From Phoronis australis (taxonomy: Eukaryota; Animalia; Phoronida): a stretch of DNA of 64,000 nucleotides. Every line of letters starts with the position of its first letter. Position 1 is the first letter of the stretch. Position numbers and translations under genes: made by a program. Below the pieces are notes generated by a model. That model was given only the letters and a program-made list of their open reading frames with translations. It made no database searches and was not told the DNA's origin. Of the stretch, positions 38,519 through 51,274 are shown piece after piece. The stretch is from assembly GCA_002633005.1 (NCBI GenBank), contig NMRA01000484.1:1-64000 (forward strand), given 5' to 3'.

Positions 38519-40969
38519 CATAGACATCTTAATACATAGACCGGGCGCGCGCCACTCATATACATGCAGCTCGCGTTGTCAATATGACGCCATATTGGAG
38601 AGTGCTACACAGGACAAAAATGGCGGAAAACACTGGGTTCCCTACGGCATCAGTCAGAAAATCGGCGGGCTCGCAGTGTTAAGCTTGCAGCCAAAAAGTA
38701 AAGATTTTTGGTCCTCCCATTGAGTAATGGGATTTTTTGGTTCGGCCATGGAGTTTATTGGTGCTGCAACTAGGTTTTTATGTTCCGCCACCCTAATTTA
38801 AGCGGAGCGCCTATATGCGTTATTTCCACATCAGTCTTGGTTATTGAAACCATAAAAGATCAATTAAAAAGATAATTAATGACCAGCATATGGTTATTAT
38901 CCAATGATGATGCTGTTTGCTAATTATATTTAAGTAAATATTTAGTATTATTGACAATCATACTTGTACTGGAAAAAACATCCCCGAACTTACTCGCCAG
39001 CCGGGGCATCGAAATCAGTACATCTAAGTGAATATTGTATTCTCTATTGAAATATATACTGCATTAAAAACTTTTTTCTTACTATGTATTCCAAAATCAG
39101 ATATTTTCTGTTTTGTCAAAACAAACAAATCTCTGCAAAATATGTACTTATGTCGAAGTTGATATTGGAAATTTTGTATATTTGTACTGCTGGCTAACGA
39201 GCTCTCTGATTTGTGACGAAACTTGTGCAAAAAGAAATGTGCATAATAACCAAAATAACAAACCAGTACGATTGAATTGCGTATCCAACCTTTACCCAAA
39301 ATACAGAATTTCCCTCTCGAAACTGAATGGAAGTATACCCAACCGAGCCGATGTAGCCGCATTAATCATGACTCCGTAAAAAATGACCAAGGTTAGTTTT
39401 TTCACAGGGTCTAAATTTAATGTGAAGAATATTCAGCCCATGAAAAAATGACCCCATGTCCGTGAAAACTTGTCCCGTCATTATGCAACGATTCCCCGCA
39501 ACAGGGGGTTGGGATAAGCAGACAGCGTGGGTGAGAGAAGAATTTATTTTAAATTTCTCGGCCTGAGGGTCGCGCAGTAGGCCTACGCATATCAGATTAA
39601 GAGCGGGAATGGATAGCAACAGTCCAAAATAATGTTTGCCGGAGCGGGGCTGATCTCTTTGTGACCACACGGTGTGGGGATACTACAAAACGCCAACAAG
39701 TGCCTGGTGCTTGATCGGGGATTCTTCAGATCCGTGAGAGAGGAATATCGAGCGTGCAAGAAAAATATTTGTTTGTTGCCAATTCCGAGCGATTCACAGG
39801 AAAGGAATTGAGTCTGTGTTCTTTGTTTTCTACGCTACGACGTTCTCCCGTTGAGTCTAACTTTTTAAGTTGTACACACAACAAGTTGAGCGGATAACCG
39901 CTGTAGACAACTGATTAAGCCCATTCTGGCAATTAGGATTAGAGGATCTCGGTCAGCTCTCTTTTGTACGATAATTGCTCTAATCTTCGATAAGATCGGA
40001 TCTTACATGTCCTCACTGGGCTGTGCTGTTAAAAAAAAGTTAAGTTATAAAATGTTTGAACATAAACCAATGACATCTCTGAATTGTCCATCAAATACTG
40101 ATCAAGCTTATAGTTTTTGAATCACCAAATTCGCCCAACTACAATCAAAGTTAAAGCAATCTATTCTATCCGAACTTATAAACGTACTGGGTTTGACTGT
40201 GTTCACATGTGATCGGTTATAAGCCTGGTAGATAATTTATCTGCATGTTGTCGTACCAGACAAAAAGACTATGCTCGGCAGTTAACAAAGGAGCTAAATA
40301 TTATCACACGCTCACAACCGCTGTACTGAACGGGATAACGCCCTAATGAACTTTAAAAACTGTCATTTATTTATATGACCCAAATGAAGTCATTTTTCAC
40401 AGTAGTTCACATAAAATTTAGACTCTATTAAAAGCGATCCGGGTCATATATTAATTTTACAAAGTTACCCGAGGTCAATTGTTCAACGCTCTGTGAAAAG
40501 GCTTACTGGGGCACAACGAAGGTACGTCCCGAGTGAGCGGCACTTCTCCTGGATATGTTTTTGCATTGAGTGACACGAATTAAATGAAGAAGTTGCGCGA
40601 TCTCAGTGGTTTCTCTTGGAATGAACGAAAAAATAAAACGCTCGCAGTGGATTGACAGGCGTGCAGCCGCTCAGGCCACTCGAAAATCTGCCACTGGTTG
40701 CGATCTTCTAATAGTTTGATATTTTCCCTATCGACTGATTAAATCTTAGAAAAACGCCTGTAAGTGCTACATCACATGTTTTTGAATGTTTCTGGAAAAA
40801 TCATTCTCATCGGCCTCTTTATTTGTTAGATATCGCGCTTTGAAAAGGACAATTTGCCCCGTTTGTTTACACGGCAATTAGCCGTGTTACCTGACTAGTA
40901 GCACTCTCCAATACGACGTCAAGTTGTCAGCGACAGGAACGCGTGCGCCCGGTCTATGTGATGTCTATG
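38519..40969. mobile_element. Non-autonomous P-like DNA transposon (~2.45 kb)
   Basis: TIR CATAGACATC..CATAGACCGGGCGC..ATTGGAGAGTGCTAC at both ends; flanks GTTGCAAT / GGTGTAAT resemble a decayed 8-bp TSD (6/8). Confidence 0.7.
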
Positions 40970-41549
40970 GGTGTAATGGTCGCAAGAACATGTCAGCTTT
41001 AAACTTTAATTGGTAAATACGACTGACGGCCATTTACACTTGTCACTTTGTATAGAAGCACGTAGACGAATGCCTCTGATACAAAGTATCACGAAAAGGC
41101 AAGGGATGCATCAACTAATAATTGTTACGATTCGGTTTGGTTTCAATGTCCTCTGTCGGTTCTGGTAAAATTCGAACCAACAACGTTCTATGTCTACACG
41201 CTTTCACGATTCAAAGAGCTTATAACGTTTTGGCAGAGACTTAAAAGTCTTTGCCAAACTGGTAACGGGTTCTTATTTTGCTCTCCAGATAAACATGCAT
41301 TACCTGTCGTCTAAAACTGAATTATCGTGAAATAGACGCCAATTGAAAAATGTTACCCACTAAAAAGTAGATGTACCATTATGGAGTAAAAGTGTAATTT
41401 TTTAATTGTGTGTGACAGGCTGTATGCTTGTCAATTAGCGGTTACATGAGATATCGTGACAACTGCGGTTCATTTGCTTCTGATTAATAGGATCCACAGA
41501 AACTGTTTCTACTATGTAAATTTTTTATCAATTAGAAAATTATCTTATA

Positions 41550-42310
41550 AGATTAAAAACCGGACGATCGCCGCACAAATGAAGAAGTTCATGATAAATC
41601 AACGTTTCGTCTGTTCGTTGCACATCATCAGGATACATAGGCCCTCCCCCACCCCTTGGCTGCCGCAGGCAAAATGAACGAGAGAAACAGAGTGAAGAGT
41701 AAGAAAATATTGAGTTCAGCAGCTAGGACCGGCTGCAGACGAGAGGGGTAACAGGAAAACACGTTCCGGGGTTTTTTTAGTCCAACCATAGATTTCCCGA
41801 ACAGAGAGTATACATCCTCGGCCTCCGCCACCTTCCGGGCCGCCTGCGTGCACATACAAACACGCTTTGCCCATTTCCCCGAGGATGTAGACCCCCCCTG
41901 GTGGTATTCTAGATCCGCCCCTGGGATATTTACATAGAACAACAAGTGCCAACATACATCTCAGGTGACATCCATGAAGTGAAGTGAGAGATACAGAGTA
42001 GTCAGCAGCTGGTTATCACCATATTTTTAGGGTCACTGAGCTCTGCATCTTGTTCAGTGAATCAGTAGCATGCTGGTTCTGAATGGCCAGTGACTCTTTA
42101 ATATACAGTAATTCCTTATTAGTTTCAGTGCAAATAACACTAACTGAATTGGCTTGGTGATTGTTGCTAACACAATGCCTATAAATGTTGCCTTTCTATG
42201 AGGTGTGATGTTCTTTCAACCTGTCACAGAGTAGTCTCTGTGTGAGTCCGATATTGAGAGACAGATCGAGACATTGTGTGCGTGTGATGCGGATGTGAAG
42301 TGATCCTCAT
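41550..42310 (-). mobile_element. Penelope-like element relic, family B (GIY-YIG C-terminus and 3' end), with a mini-insert at ~41640-41923
   Basis: Homologous to 58330-58730; minus-strand NIGLTQRLLCDRLKEHH; hammerhead-like CTGATGA..GAAA at 41598-41634. Confidence 0.7.
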
Positions 42311-42329
42311 ATCTAGTCTACATAATATT

Positions 42330-43180
42330 CGGTTGCATTTATCCAAGCTATAACAAACCGGCCCCCAGAAGACCTGTACTCCGGTAATATACGTTTACAA
42401 TGGGGTGGCATGGGCGGTGCACCATAGGTGGCTGGGGGGGCTATAGCCCCCAAGTTTTTCAGGCCTGCACCGCCCATGGTCTGTGGGCAGTGCACCAAAA
42501 GGGGGCTGCGGGGTTTTAGCCCCCATTTTTTTTCAGTGCTGCGCCGCCCATGGGTGAGGGTCCGTATGGAAATGTCCCAGAGGGTGTTATCCTTAGCGCA
42601 TCTGTTAGTAAGCGTCTGCGTGACATTGGGTGAAATTCTAAATAAAGGAAGTGGTGGTTTTGGAAGATAGTACCCAAAAGGGGGTCAAAGGGACGCACTT
42701 TCTTGGGAAAATTAGGCAATTGAAAAAGACGAGGTAGTACGTTAACACAAGGGTAACATTCTTCTGGTAGTGCTGGGATCCATATTGTATTTATCTCATT
42801 GGAGAAAACGCAGCTTTGTAGCCACTGTCAAACTTGTGTGGGTTTGTTTTGGTAATTGGTGGATGTTGTTCCGGTCAGTACGACAGCATGAAAAAGGCTG
42901 TCCAATTGATAGACACAATAATTCTAATCTGTCAATGCATTTTCTTTCTGCACTGTTACCGAAACACACTACAGCATAACGAGCGTTCTTCAATGCTTGA
43001 AGTAAAAGGGCTGACGCGTTCAACTAATGTCAACATGGATACCAAAAACTCCTTTATCTCTGGACCAATAGATTCAAAGCGGTCACTGTGCTGATAGTTC
43101 ATGGTGCCTAGGTAAACTTGAACTTTAATCATTACTGTACATCTACGCATTGGATCACTAGATCTCGTCAAGGAACTGTC
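42330..43180 (-). mobile_element. Penelope-like relic, family A (diverged copy; RT thumb and linker), interrupted by a CATGGGCGG-TIR MITE at ~42408-42552
   Basis: Minus-strand VTLVLTY...DPLLGTIF...GTFPYG..PHCKRI matches the Penelope RT-to-endonuclease linker pattern; similar to 44470-45050. Confidence 0.6.
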
Positions 43181-43181
43181 C

Positions 43182-44265
43182 TATTTTACTTGGCGAAATT
43201 TCGCCAAGTATGTTGCTCTGTCACTAATTACTTGGCGAAATAAATTTCGCGAAGTATGTTGCTCTTCCACTAATTTTTTTTGTTTGTTCGCACGATACAG
43301 GTCGCAATTTTCGTCCAATCATCACGAAATTTATACATAACACGTACTTCCGGAAGTACTGGAAGCCGATTGTTTTTCTTCAAAGTCAGATCCAAGATGG
43401 CGGCTGTGGCGGCCATTTTGTTTTCATTTAAAGGTTCAAATGCTTCTGGAGGCTACACTTTTTTACGTAAAAGGCTAAGAATCGACACAGTAAATAAACC
43501 GGGAGTTTTCTACAAGCATTTTGGAAATTGTTTACTTCCAATTAAAGATGGCGGAAATATCGGCGATCGCGCATGCGCATCTCGATTTTGGCCTAAAAAC
43601 GTTTTCTCCTGTAGAGGGCGCATTATTAGACCAATTCCTTCGAATTTTACAGGTATTAGTTTCTTAAGACATGCTATTATGCAAAGCCAAAAAACCGGAA
43701 GTTGCTTTCAAGATGGCGGATCTGGCGCATGTTTACCCATTTTCAGTCGTTTGGAATGCGATTTTAAACTGGAAGAGAAAAAGACGTGATTTTTTGCATG
43801 TGGATTCTTTAAAGTATATTCTTTCAAATGGTTTGTATCAATTTTTTCTCAGACTTACCGTTTTTGAGTTATTTGACTTTGAATTTCTTAAAAAAACGCA
43901 AAATTTCATTTTTTCGAAAAACTTACAGAATTAGGCGATACCATCAGTTTAGATAGAGTTTTAAACGAGCTTTCAGAATATATTTTCCATTTTTCGCTAG
44001 GACGTCTACTTTTTGAGTTATTTGAAATTTTCTGATAACGCTATTTGTTGAGCGCTTTTGCTGCTTTGATGTTGGTTTATCTTCTGTTGAACCAGACTGT
44101 AGCCTATTTCTTATTGATTTATGACATCTAAGTTCGTCATATGAATGTTGTTATGTTGTTCATCATCGCTACCACCATCATCATATTCGTCATCTTCGAC
44201 ATCATCTTTATCGTCATCTTTTTGGTTAAGTTCGCCAAGTTTCGATCCTCGGAGCGCTCTCGTTT
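43182..44265 (+). mobile_element. Helentron-associated (HINE/DINE-1-like) non-autonomous element
   Basis: 5' palindrome TACTTGGCGAAATTTCGCCAAGTA (duplicated), matching 3' subterminal TTCGCCAAGT at 44231 followed by a short GAGCGCTC palindrome and T-run; internal (CAT)n-like tract. Confidence 0.6.
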
Positions 44266-45488
44266 TGCTTGTCTGCGTTCCTTGGGATGTGGAGAGACAC
44301 TCCAGTGTTGTCTATATACCACTCCGGAAGCATTTAATCAACCTAACAATCATAACAACCAGAAGATTGGACGTCACAATAGTTGACAAACTTGATGAGG
44401 TGCCGCTCGGATCTGTGAACCCCGCTCCGTCTCCGGGAATTTGCTTAGAAGTTCGATGACGGGGGAGGTACCCCGCATGGAAATGTCCCAAAGGAGTAAT
44501 TACAATCGTTGACACAGCTGTTAGTGATCGATCGCTTCGGTGACATTGGGGGACTCTCCGAGAAGGGCTGGTTTGAGAATATAAGGTCGGTCAAATGGGG
44601 TCACGAGTGAACACAAGATGAATCTTTTTGGCAAAAGTAGATACAATTGATACTAGCTTGGGATAGTACGTTACCACTAAGGTAACTGTGTCATTCTTCT
44701 TATAGTCGTATGTTGTATACTTCATCTATCTTAGGGTTCGTGATCGCAACACAGGATTACAGCCGCAGTGTCGAACTTGCTTAAATTTGTTTCGGTGCAT
44801 TTTTGTGCACATTTTCCCTAACGTGATATAGCGTGAACAGATGTTTTCATATCCAATAAATAATGCATTATGGGGCGCTGAGGATTTTCAGACAATGACA
44901 ACAGCCATATAAAAAATTGTTTTATCTTCAGAAGAATAGAGTGAAAGCACTCATGACAATTGATATTTGGTTTATACAGCTGTATGATGTCTGGGTAAAC
45001 ACTACGTTTACCTATTGGCTCAGACCTCGTGAAGGAGAGGTCAGATCATCCACTGAGTTTCAGTCACTTCAGGTATGTGTATTGGCTTACTCTGCGTGTT
45101 CACGCAAATTAAAGAACGGGCATGCCCTATTGTAGCTTGTATCAGTCAATCATTGGTACCAGAACTGTATGACTCAATGTGAAAATTTAGGGACATAAAT
45201 TTTAGTTTTACGTGGAAGTGATACCGAAGGTAAGTCGGCCATCTTGCTAGGACTTCTAGGAAATCGGGCAGCCATCTCCAGCAAGCTCAGGATTTACGAA
45301 TAAAACCAAACGCAACATATGTTGTAGCGTAGATAAAACTGTGAAATATTGAAGTTTAGACACATTCCAGCTCCACTGCCTTGTTTCCCTAGAGAACCAA
45401 TTAAAGAACCAGTGATTGCTGAACACAAGAATAGTCATAATTTGGTGTCCCAGAAATCGAGATACATTGTACGAGAACTTACGTTTAT

Positions 45489-48400
45489 TCAAAGAAAAAG
45501 AGGTTTGGTAGAAACTCCGGTGGAGTATGTGTGTTTGTAAAAAATGTTTAGCTCGGTATGTAACTCGTGTGAAATGTGACTTCAATTTTGGTGTTTTTCT
45601 ATTAATTGATAAGAGTCTATTGTGTACTGAAAAGGATGTATTATTCTGTTGTGTTTATTTGCCAACTGAGGGTGCGACAGTGTATGAAAATCATATTGAA
45701 AAGAATGGCGTAGAAATCTTGAGAAGTGGTATTGAAGATGCCCTTTTGAATGCCCACGATGATGTATCTCTTTTGGTTGCTGACGATCTTAATGCTAGAA
45801 TTGGCAAACTCTCCGATTATATTCAAGACGACTCAGCAGAATTTTTGCCTTCAGGTGAATGGTACGACTCAGATGCCTTTAATTTTCCAAGGATTAGTAA
45901 AGATCATGTTATTAATTCATTTGGAAAATCACTTGTGAGAATGTGTTGCGAGTTACAGGTAAATGTCCATGCATGTAACGGTAGATTTTCAGGTGATGAG
46001 GAAGGAGAGTTTACGTGTTTATCTAATAAAGGTTGTAGTGTATGTACTATTGTCCACTGAATTGTTTGATTTTGTATCAGATTTTAAAGTTGATTTATTG
46101 GATGCATCTGATCATCTTCCTCTTGTTTGTGTTTTTCACGGCTTCACTCAGTCACAGGATCAAACTGTTCATAGCACAAATTATGTCGTCCGTGAATATG
46201 ACAGCGTTAGGTGGAAGGCTGAAAGATGTAGTCAATTCATGTTCAAGTTTGTCAGTGGGTTCCAAGTGTTCTCTAGTGATATAGCTAATCTTATTGAGAG
46301 CTGTCGGGTTGAAGACGCAGCTCAGTTGTTAAATGAAATGTATAAATCAGCTGCCTGCGACATGATTGTACGCTCCAATGCTGCGGTTAAATTTGTGAAA
46401 ACCCAACCATCATGGTGGGATGAGGAGTTAGAGGTGCTGAAAAGAGAGAGAAATTGTGCTTTGTCTGGTTTCCGACACTATAGTAATCAGGTTAATTTAA
46501 TAAGTACAAAGAATTGCGACAAAAATTGAAAGTGACTTTTAAGTCAAAAGAAAAGTTATTTAAAGATGGACTGAGGAAAAACTTAATTGAAAATGTTAAC
46601 AATCCCAAAGCCTTTTGGCAGCAGTAAAATCATTCTCTAGGAAAATGACGTCAGATACTTCTATTTCTGCTGATGAATGGTTTTGCCACTTTCACTCACT
46701 CTTAGACCAAGAAAATCCTGATAATGGACGTATGCTTGGACAAATAGAAAGAAACTTGGCAAGTCATGATGTGTATTGTATTGACTGTATGGTAGATGAC
46801 CCAAATCAATTGAATCATGATTTTAGCGAAATGGAAATTTTTGTCGTTCTTCGAGACCTACCGAACGGTAAGGCTTCCAGTGTTGACGGACTCGTTTATG
46901 AACTCTTTAAGTCCACCAAAGATTATATAACACCTGTTTTGACAAACATTTTTAATAGTGCTCTACGATCAGGGGAATTTCCTCAGTCCTGGTGTGGCGC
47001 TATAATATGTCCATTGCATAAGCAAGGGGACGTCAATGACGTAAATAATTATCGGGGTATTTCACTTCTACCTGTTCTCGGGAAAATTTTTACGAAACTC
47101 GTAAACGCTCGTCTAACAAGTTGGGCCAACGATAATGACTTATTTAACGAAGCTCAGGCTGGTTTTAGAAAGGGGTATAGTACAATAGACCAAATTTTTA
47201 CCTTACAAGGAATTGTTCATAAGTACTTGATTAAGCGCAGGGGCAGATTTTACGCTATATACGTGGATTTTTCTCTGGCCTTTGACAGCATTTCACATAA
47301 ATTTTTGTGGAATAGGCTTCAAAAAATAGGAATACATGGTAGTGTTTTAAAATTGATGAAAAGTATGTATTCAAAGCTAAGAGCGTGTGTAAGAACTGAG
47401 CGTGGGTTAACTGACTTTTTCAATAATAATATTGGTACTCGCCAAGGGTGTATGCTTAGTCCTTTTTTATTTAGTATGTATTTGAACGAGTTTGTTGATT
47501 ACTTAAGAGAATCTTGAAATGACAAAATTGATGTCGTCTCACCATATAAGTACCTGGGTATTTGCCTTATACCTAAGTTAGTCTGGACGCAAGCTACGGA
47601 AACTTTGTCTCACCAGGCACAGAAAGCAATTTTTTCAATTAAACGTTTTCAGTCAAAATGTGGACGACTTTCACCGGAAATTGAACTCGAGATTTTTGAT
47701 AAAATGGTATACCCAATCATTAGCTATGGAAGTGAGATTTGGGGATTTAAAGAATACTCTAGTATCGAGCGCGTCCAATTGAAATTCTGTAAGGAACTGC
47801 TGGGTATTGGAAGTAACTGTCCAAATCATGCTGTCCTGGGAGAACTGGAAAGGTATCCAATTTATGTAAAGATGTTTGTTAAACTGATCAAATATTGGTT
47901 TAAATTGTTAAAAATGCCAGCACATCGAAATCAAAAATCCGTCTATGACAAGCTTGTCACATTGGATGAGGCTGGCAGGAAAAATTGGGCTTCATCTGTT
48001 AGGAATTTGCTGCAAAGGTATGGTTTCGGTTTGGTATGGTACAATCAGGGAGTTGGCTGCGAAGCATCGTTTCTTGTCATATTTGAGCAGCGAATTAAAG
48101 ATTGTTTTTTACAAGACTGGAGCTTTGCTGTGGAGAATAGCTCAAAACTTAATACATATTTCTCATTTAAAATTGATTTTGAAATGGAATCATATCTGTT
48201 GCGTGATATTACATATATCTTTTTAGCAGCTATGGCTAAATTACGTTGCTCCAACCACAACTTGATGATAGAGAAAGGTAGACATACCCTCGTGGACCAA
48301 AAATACAGTGTGTGTTGTTTCTGTGTGTCCCTAATTGAAGATGAATACCAGTTTATATGTGTTTGTAAAATGTACTGCTCTCTGAGAACTGCATTTATAC

Positions 48401-48598
48401 CTGAGTAGTGCTGGCGTGAACCAAATAAACATAAATTTGTAAAACTTATGAAAATGTCGGAGCCCATTGCTCAGGTTAATCTAATGAAATTTGTATTTCA
48501 CGCCACTACCCTCAGGGAAAAGCTGCTCAGCGTTATCCTGTAAATTTTATGTAACATGTGGGCCAAGGCCTTAAATGTTGAAATACATGAATTTGAAA
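45489..48598 (+). mobile_element. 5'-truncated, non-functional non-LTR retrotransposon (APE-RT, RTE-X-like clade)
   Basis: APE motifs (VYLP, DLNARIG, SDHLP), RT motifs (NYRGISLL, QAGFRKG, VDFSLAFD, GTRQGCMLSP, YKYLG), C-terminal C-x2-C..IEDEYQF..C; 13-bp TSD AACTTACGTTTAT at 45476-45488 and 48599-48611; frameshifts and a deletion. Confidence 0.92.
45527..48540 (+). pseudogene. Disrupted LINE ORF2 (endonuclease / reverse transcriptase)
   Basis: ORF pieces 45527-46060, 45963-46529, 46615-47517 and 47605-48408 form one frameshifted polyprotein; the YADD region is absent. Confidence 0.9.
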
Positions 48599-51274
48599 AA
48601 CTTACGTTTATCCGTATAAAAGGTAACCATGTTAAAATTTAACATGGCGGACACACAATGCAAAAGCACTGATCTGTAACTGGATTCAGCGGGTACAAAA
48701 AATGAGAGGTTTATCTAACCCAAGATGTCTCTAGGTATTCAAGAAGCTTGGTTATATGAGCATTTGCTATTGTAAAGGCAGCCATATTGGAATTTATCAT
48801 GATTGTTATCTGGAGGATTCTCTGACATACCGTGAATAATACGCTTACAAGGAAGTCACGCATTTCTAAAGATATGAGGAAATTTTCTCCGCTCGTCCTT
48901 CGCTGAGCAACTTTTACCAGGATCAAAGAGAGTGCAGCGCCGGATTAGGATACGGCTGTGATGACCGCATTGTCCTGTGCGACCATTAACTGTCAAAAGC
49001 ATCATTGCCTGTACATAATAGCAAATTTTCAAAATGCATTAACATATAATTTTCGCCTAAAAACGAACACCACGGCGGTATTCAGCTGGAAAGCACAACC
49101 AAGTAAGGTTTTGATTTTTAAAAATTGATGGACCAATAGGCTAAAACGTACAAACGTTGGGTTCCATTGAAGCTAAACGACCGTGCGTGTCAATACACTA
49201 GGTGGATTTACAAACGTTGATCATAGTTAACAATATATCACATGGATTATTCTTTTAATATTCTTTCAATCTCGTCTAACCAGATTTCTTTACCAGGAAC
49301 CAGTTGTATTTAACTTGTGCCCACGCTGTATTTTTGATGATTGACAAAAAGCTAGAATAGTTATATTGTTAGTGCAACCGAAATTGTCCAGAGATTCCAA
49401 ATCTTCAGTTTGGCTGTCACCATTTACACTTTTGTATATATTTATGATTTGAGTTCCAATTAAGATTAAACTTGAACTAATGGCACGTGTAGGCCTACTT
49501 TTGTTGGCTGTGAAATGTTTAGTGTAGCTGTAATCTGGAAAGTTCAGCGATGGGTTCACAATTACTCAAATTAAGTTTCGCTGGCGATCAAAATCTGCCA
49601 CTGTTTTTGGTACTTCAAGTTTAAAAATAAAATGAAGATATGATCCCGTTCCCTTCAAAAAAAAACAAAAAACAAGAAGACATGCGTATTGAAAATGAAA
49701 TAACGATAACCGGTATGAAACATATTTAAAACCATCGTTCCTTTGCGAAGTGGCCCATGGTCAAGATAAACACAAATTAACTTTTTAGTCATTTTGTAAT
49801 ATTTAAAATGTACCAAGTTGAAACTTTCTACAGTTGCAATTTGTAACTTAGCGCAAATGCCAGATAAAACCAATTTGGGTATAATAACAGCCATCATTTT
49901 TGAGACAGTAGTGGTAGCTATTACCTTTCCACTTCATTAGCTCAGATGGATAGAATTATACAACTGTTGTTGCATGTAAATCAGGACTAAGATATCAACC
50001 TCGGCGTCTTGCAGTGATGCTCTCTACGTATGTCGCTAGTATGATCTGTGCCTCAGTTGCACCACCCGCTTAGGGCACCTTCACCCCGCTGATTAAGAAT
50101 AATTACCGCTGTAAAACCTATCTGAATTTTTTCTTTTAGCTATTACCTCGAACACCTGATCTAGCTCAAATGTTCAATGGCATACCGGGGTTGTTCTAAA
50201 ATCCCCTCGAACTTCACACCCCACAACGCGTGACCCCCATCCGGCCCATCGACCNNNNNNNNNNNNNNNNNNNNNNNNNNNNNNNNNNNNNNNNNNNNNN
50301 NNNNNNNNNTAAGACTTAACTGCCGTCACCTGGTTCAACATACTGTAGTGGTCTACGACCATTGGCCTCACAGATTTTAGTAAAAATAAAAGCGAAAGAA
50401 AAAACAAACACTAAAGAAAATCGAAGAAAAAGCACTGGACAACTGTAATTCTCTGTTGAACTTTGGGCATTTCATTGTGGTTCAATTGTCGCTGATTTTG
50501 TCCCCGTCTTTATTGTAATTATTCTGTGTCAGGTTTGGGACTTAACGTCATAAATTTGAATTTTGAGTTTTGTTGCACGAGACATTGTTACAGCCGACAA
50601 ACAGATTAGTTTACGATCTAGCTCAGCACAACCGGTCTCGTTCAGACAGGGCGCGCAGCATCTCGCATGCCAACTTTCCTAGCCAGCTGCAGTCGCACTC
50701 TGATCCGTCAAAATGAAAAAAATAGTTCGTGATTCCTGTCCATCGTCGGCATTCCTGTACTGTTATGGGACGATACAAAATTTGCAACATCGGGAGAATG
50801 GCGACACTGGTGGCGACGGGATATGATATTTACCTTCCTACCATGATTGTTATATTAGTCGTGATCCCACAATTTCACGAACAAACTCGAATTAAATGCA
50901 GGGTTGGGGGGGAGGCAAGGCAGAGTATTAGCCAGGGTTTTTCCAGTCCAACATCGGACTCCCGAACTGTCAAATGGAATATGGGAGAATTTTAGGGGGC
51001 ATGGCCCCCTTGTCCCCATCTAAATCCGCCACTGCGCTTTAAACGTGATTGTCTGCTGCTAGTTGTGCCGGTTTACACAACTGCAGTGTTATTAATTTCT
51101 TTATACCATACAAACCCAGCCAAGTAGTGTAGTATATTCTATGTACACTCCTTGACCCAGCAAAGCCGAAGACGGTGAGTCGGTAACCTGATTGAGCCGA
51201 ACCCGGCTAAGGATATTGTTTGTAAGTGGTGGGTCGAGGGGGTTGTGGGTGTAGGGAGTCGTGGGACGAGGGGT

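Larger units (their letters stand above)
44266..48830 (-). mobile_element. Penelope-like relic, family A, interrupted by the RTE-X-like LINE
   Basis: Minus-strand VTLVVTYYPKL, FGTFPCG, FTDPSGT, WYIDNTGVSLH; colinear with the uninterrupted copy at 60150-61695. Confidence 0.7.

Noticed and set aside
43280-43789. 169-aa ORF with several AAGATGGCGG (YY1-like) motifs, suggesting a gene or promoter
   Set aside because: Lies wholly inside the HINE-like repeat; no recognisable domain
44137-44459. Hydrophobic and Ser-rich ORFs suggesting a membrane protein
   Set aside because: Produced by a (CAT)n-like low-complexity tract joined to a Penelope relic
48045-48467. 140-aa minus-strand ORF
   Set aside because: Antisense shadow of the LINE ORF2
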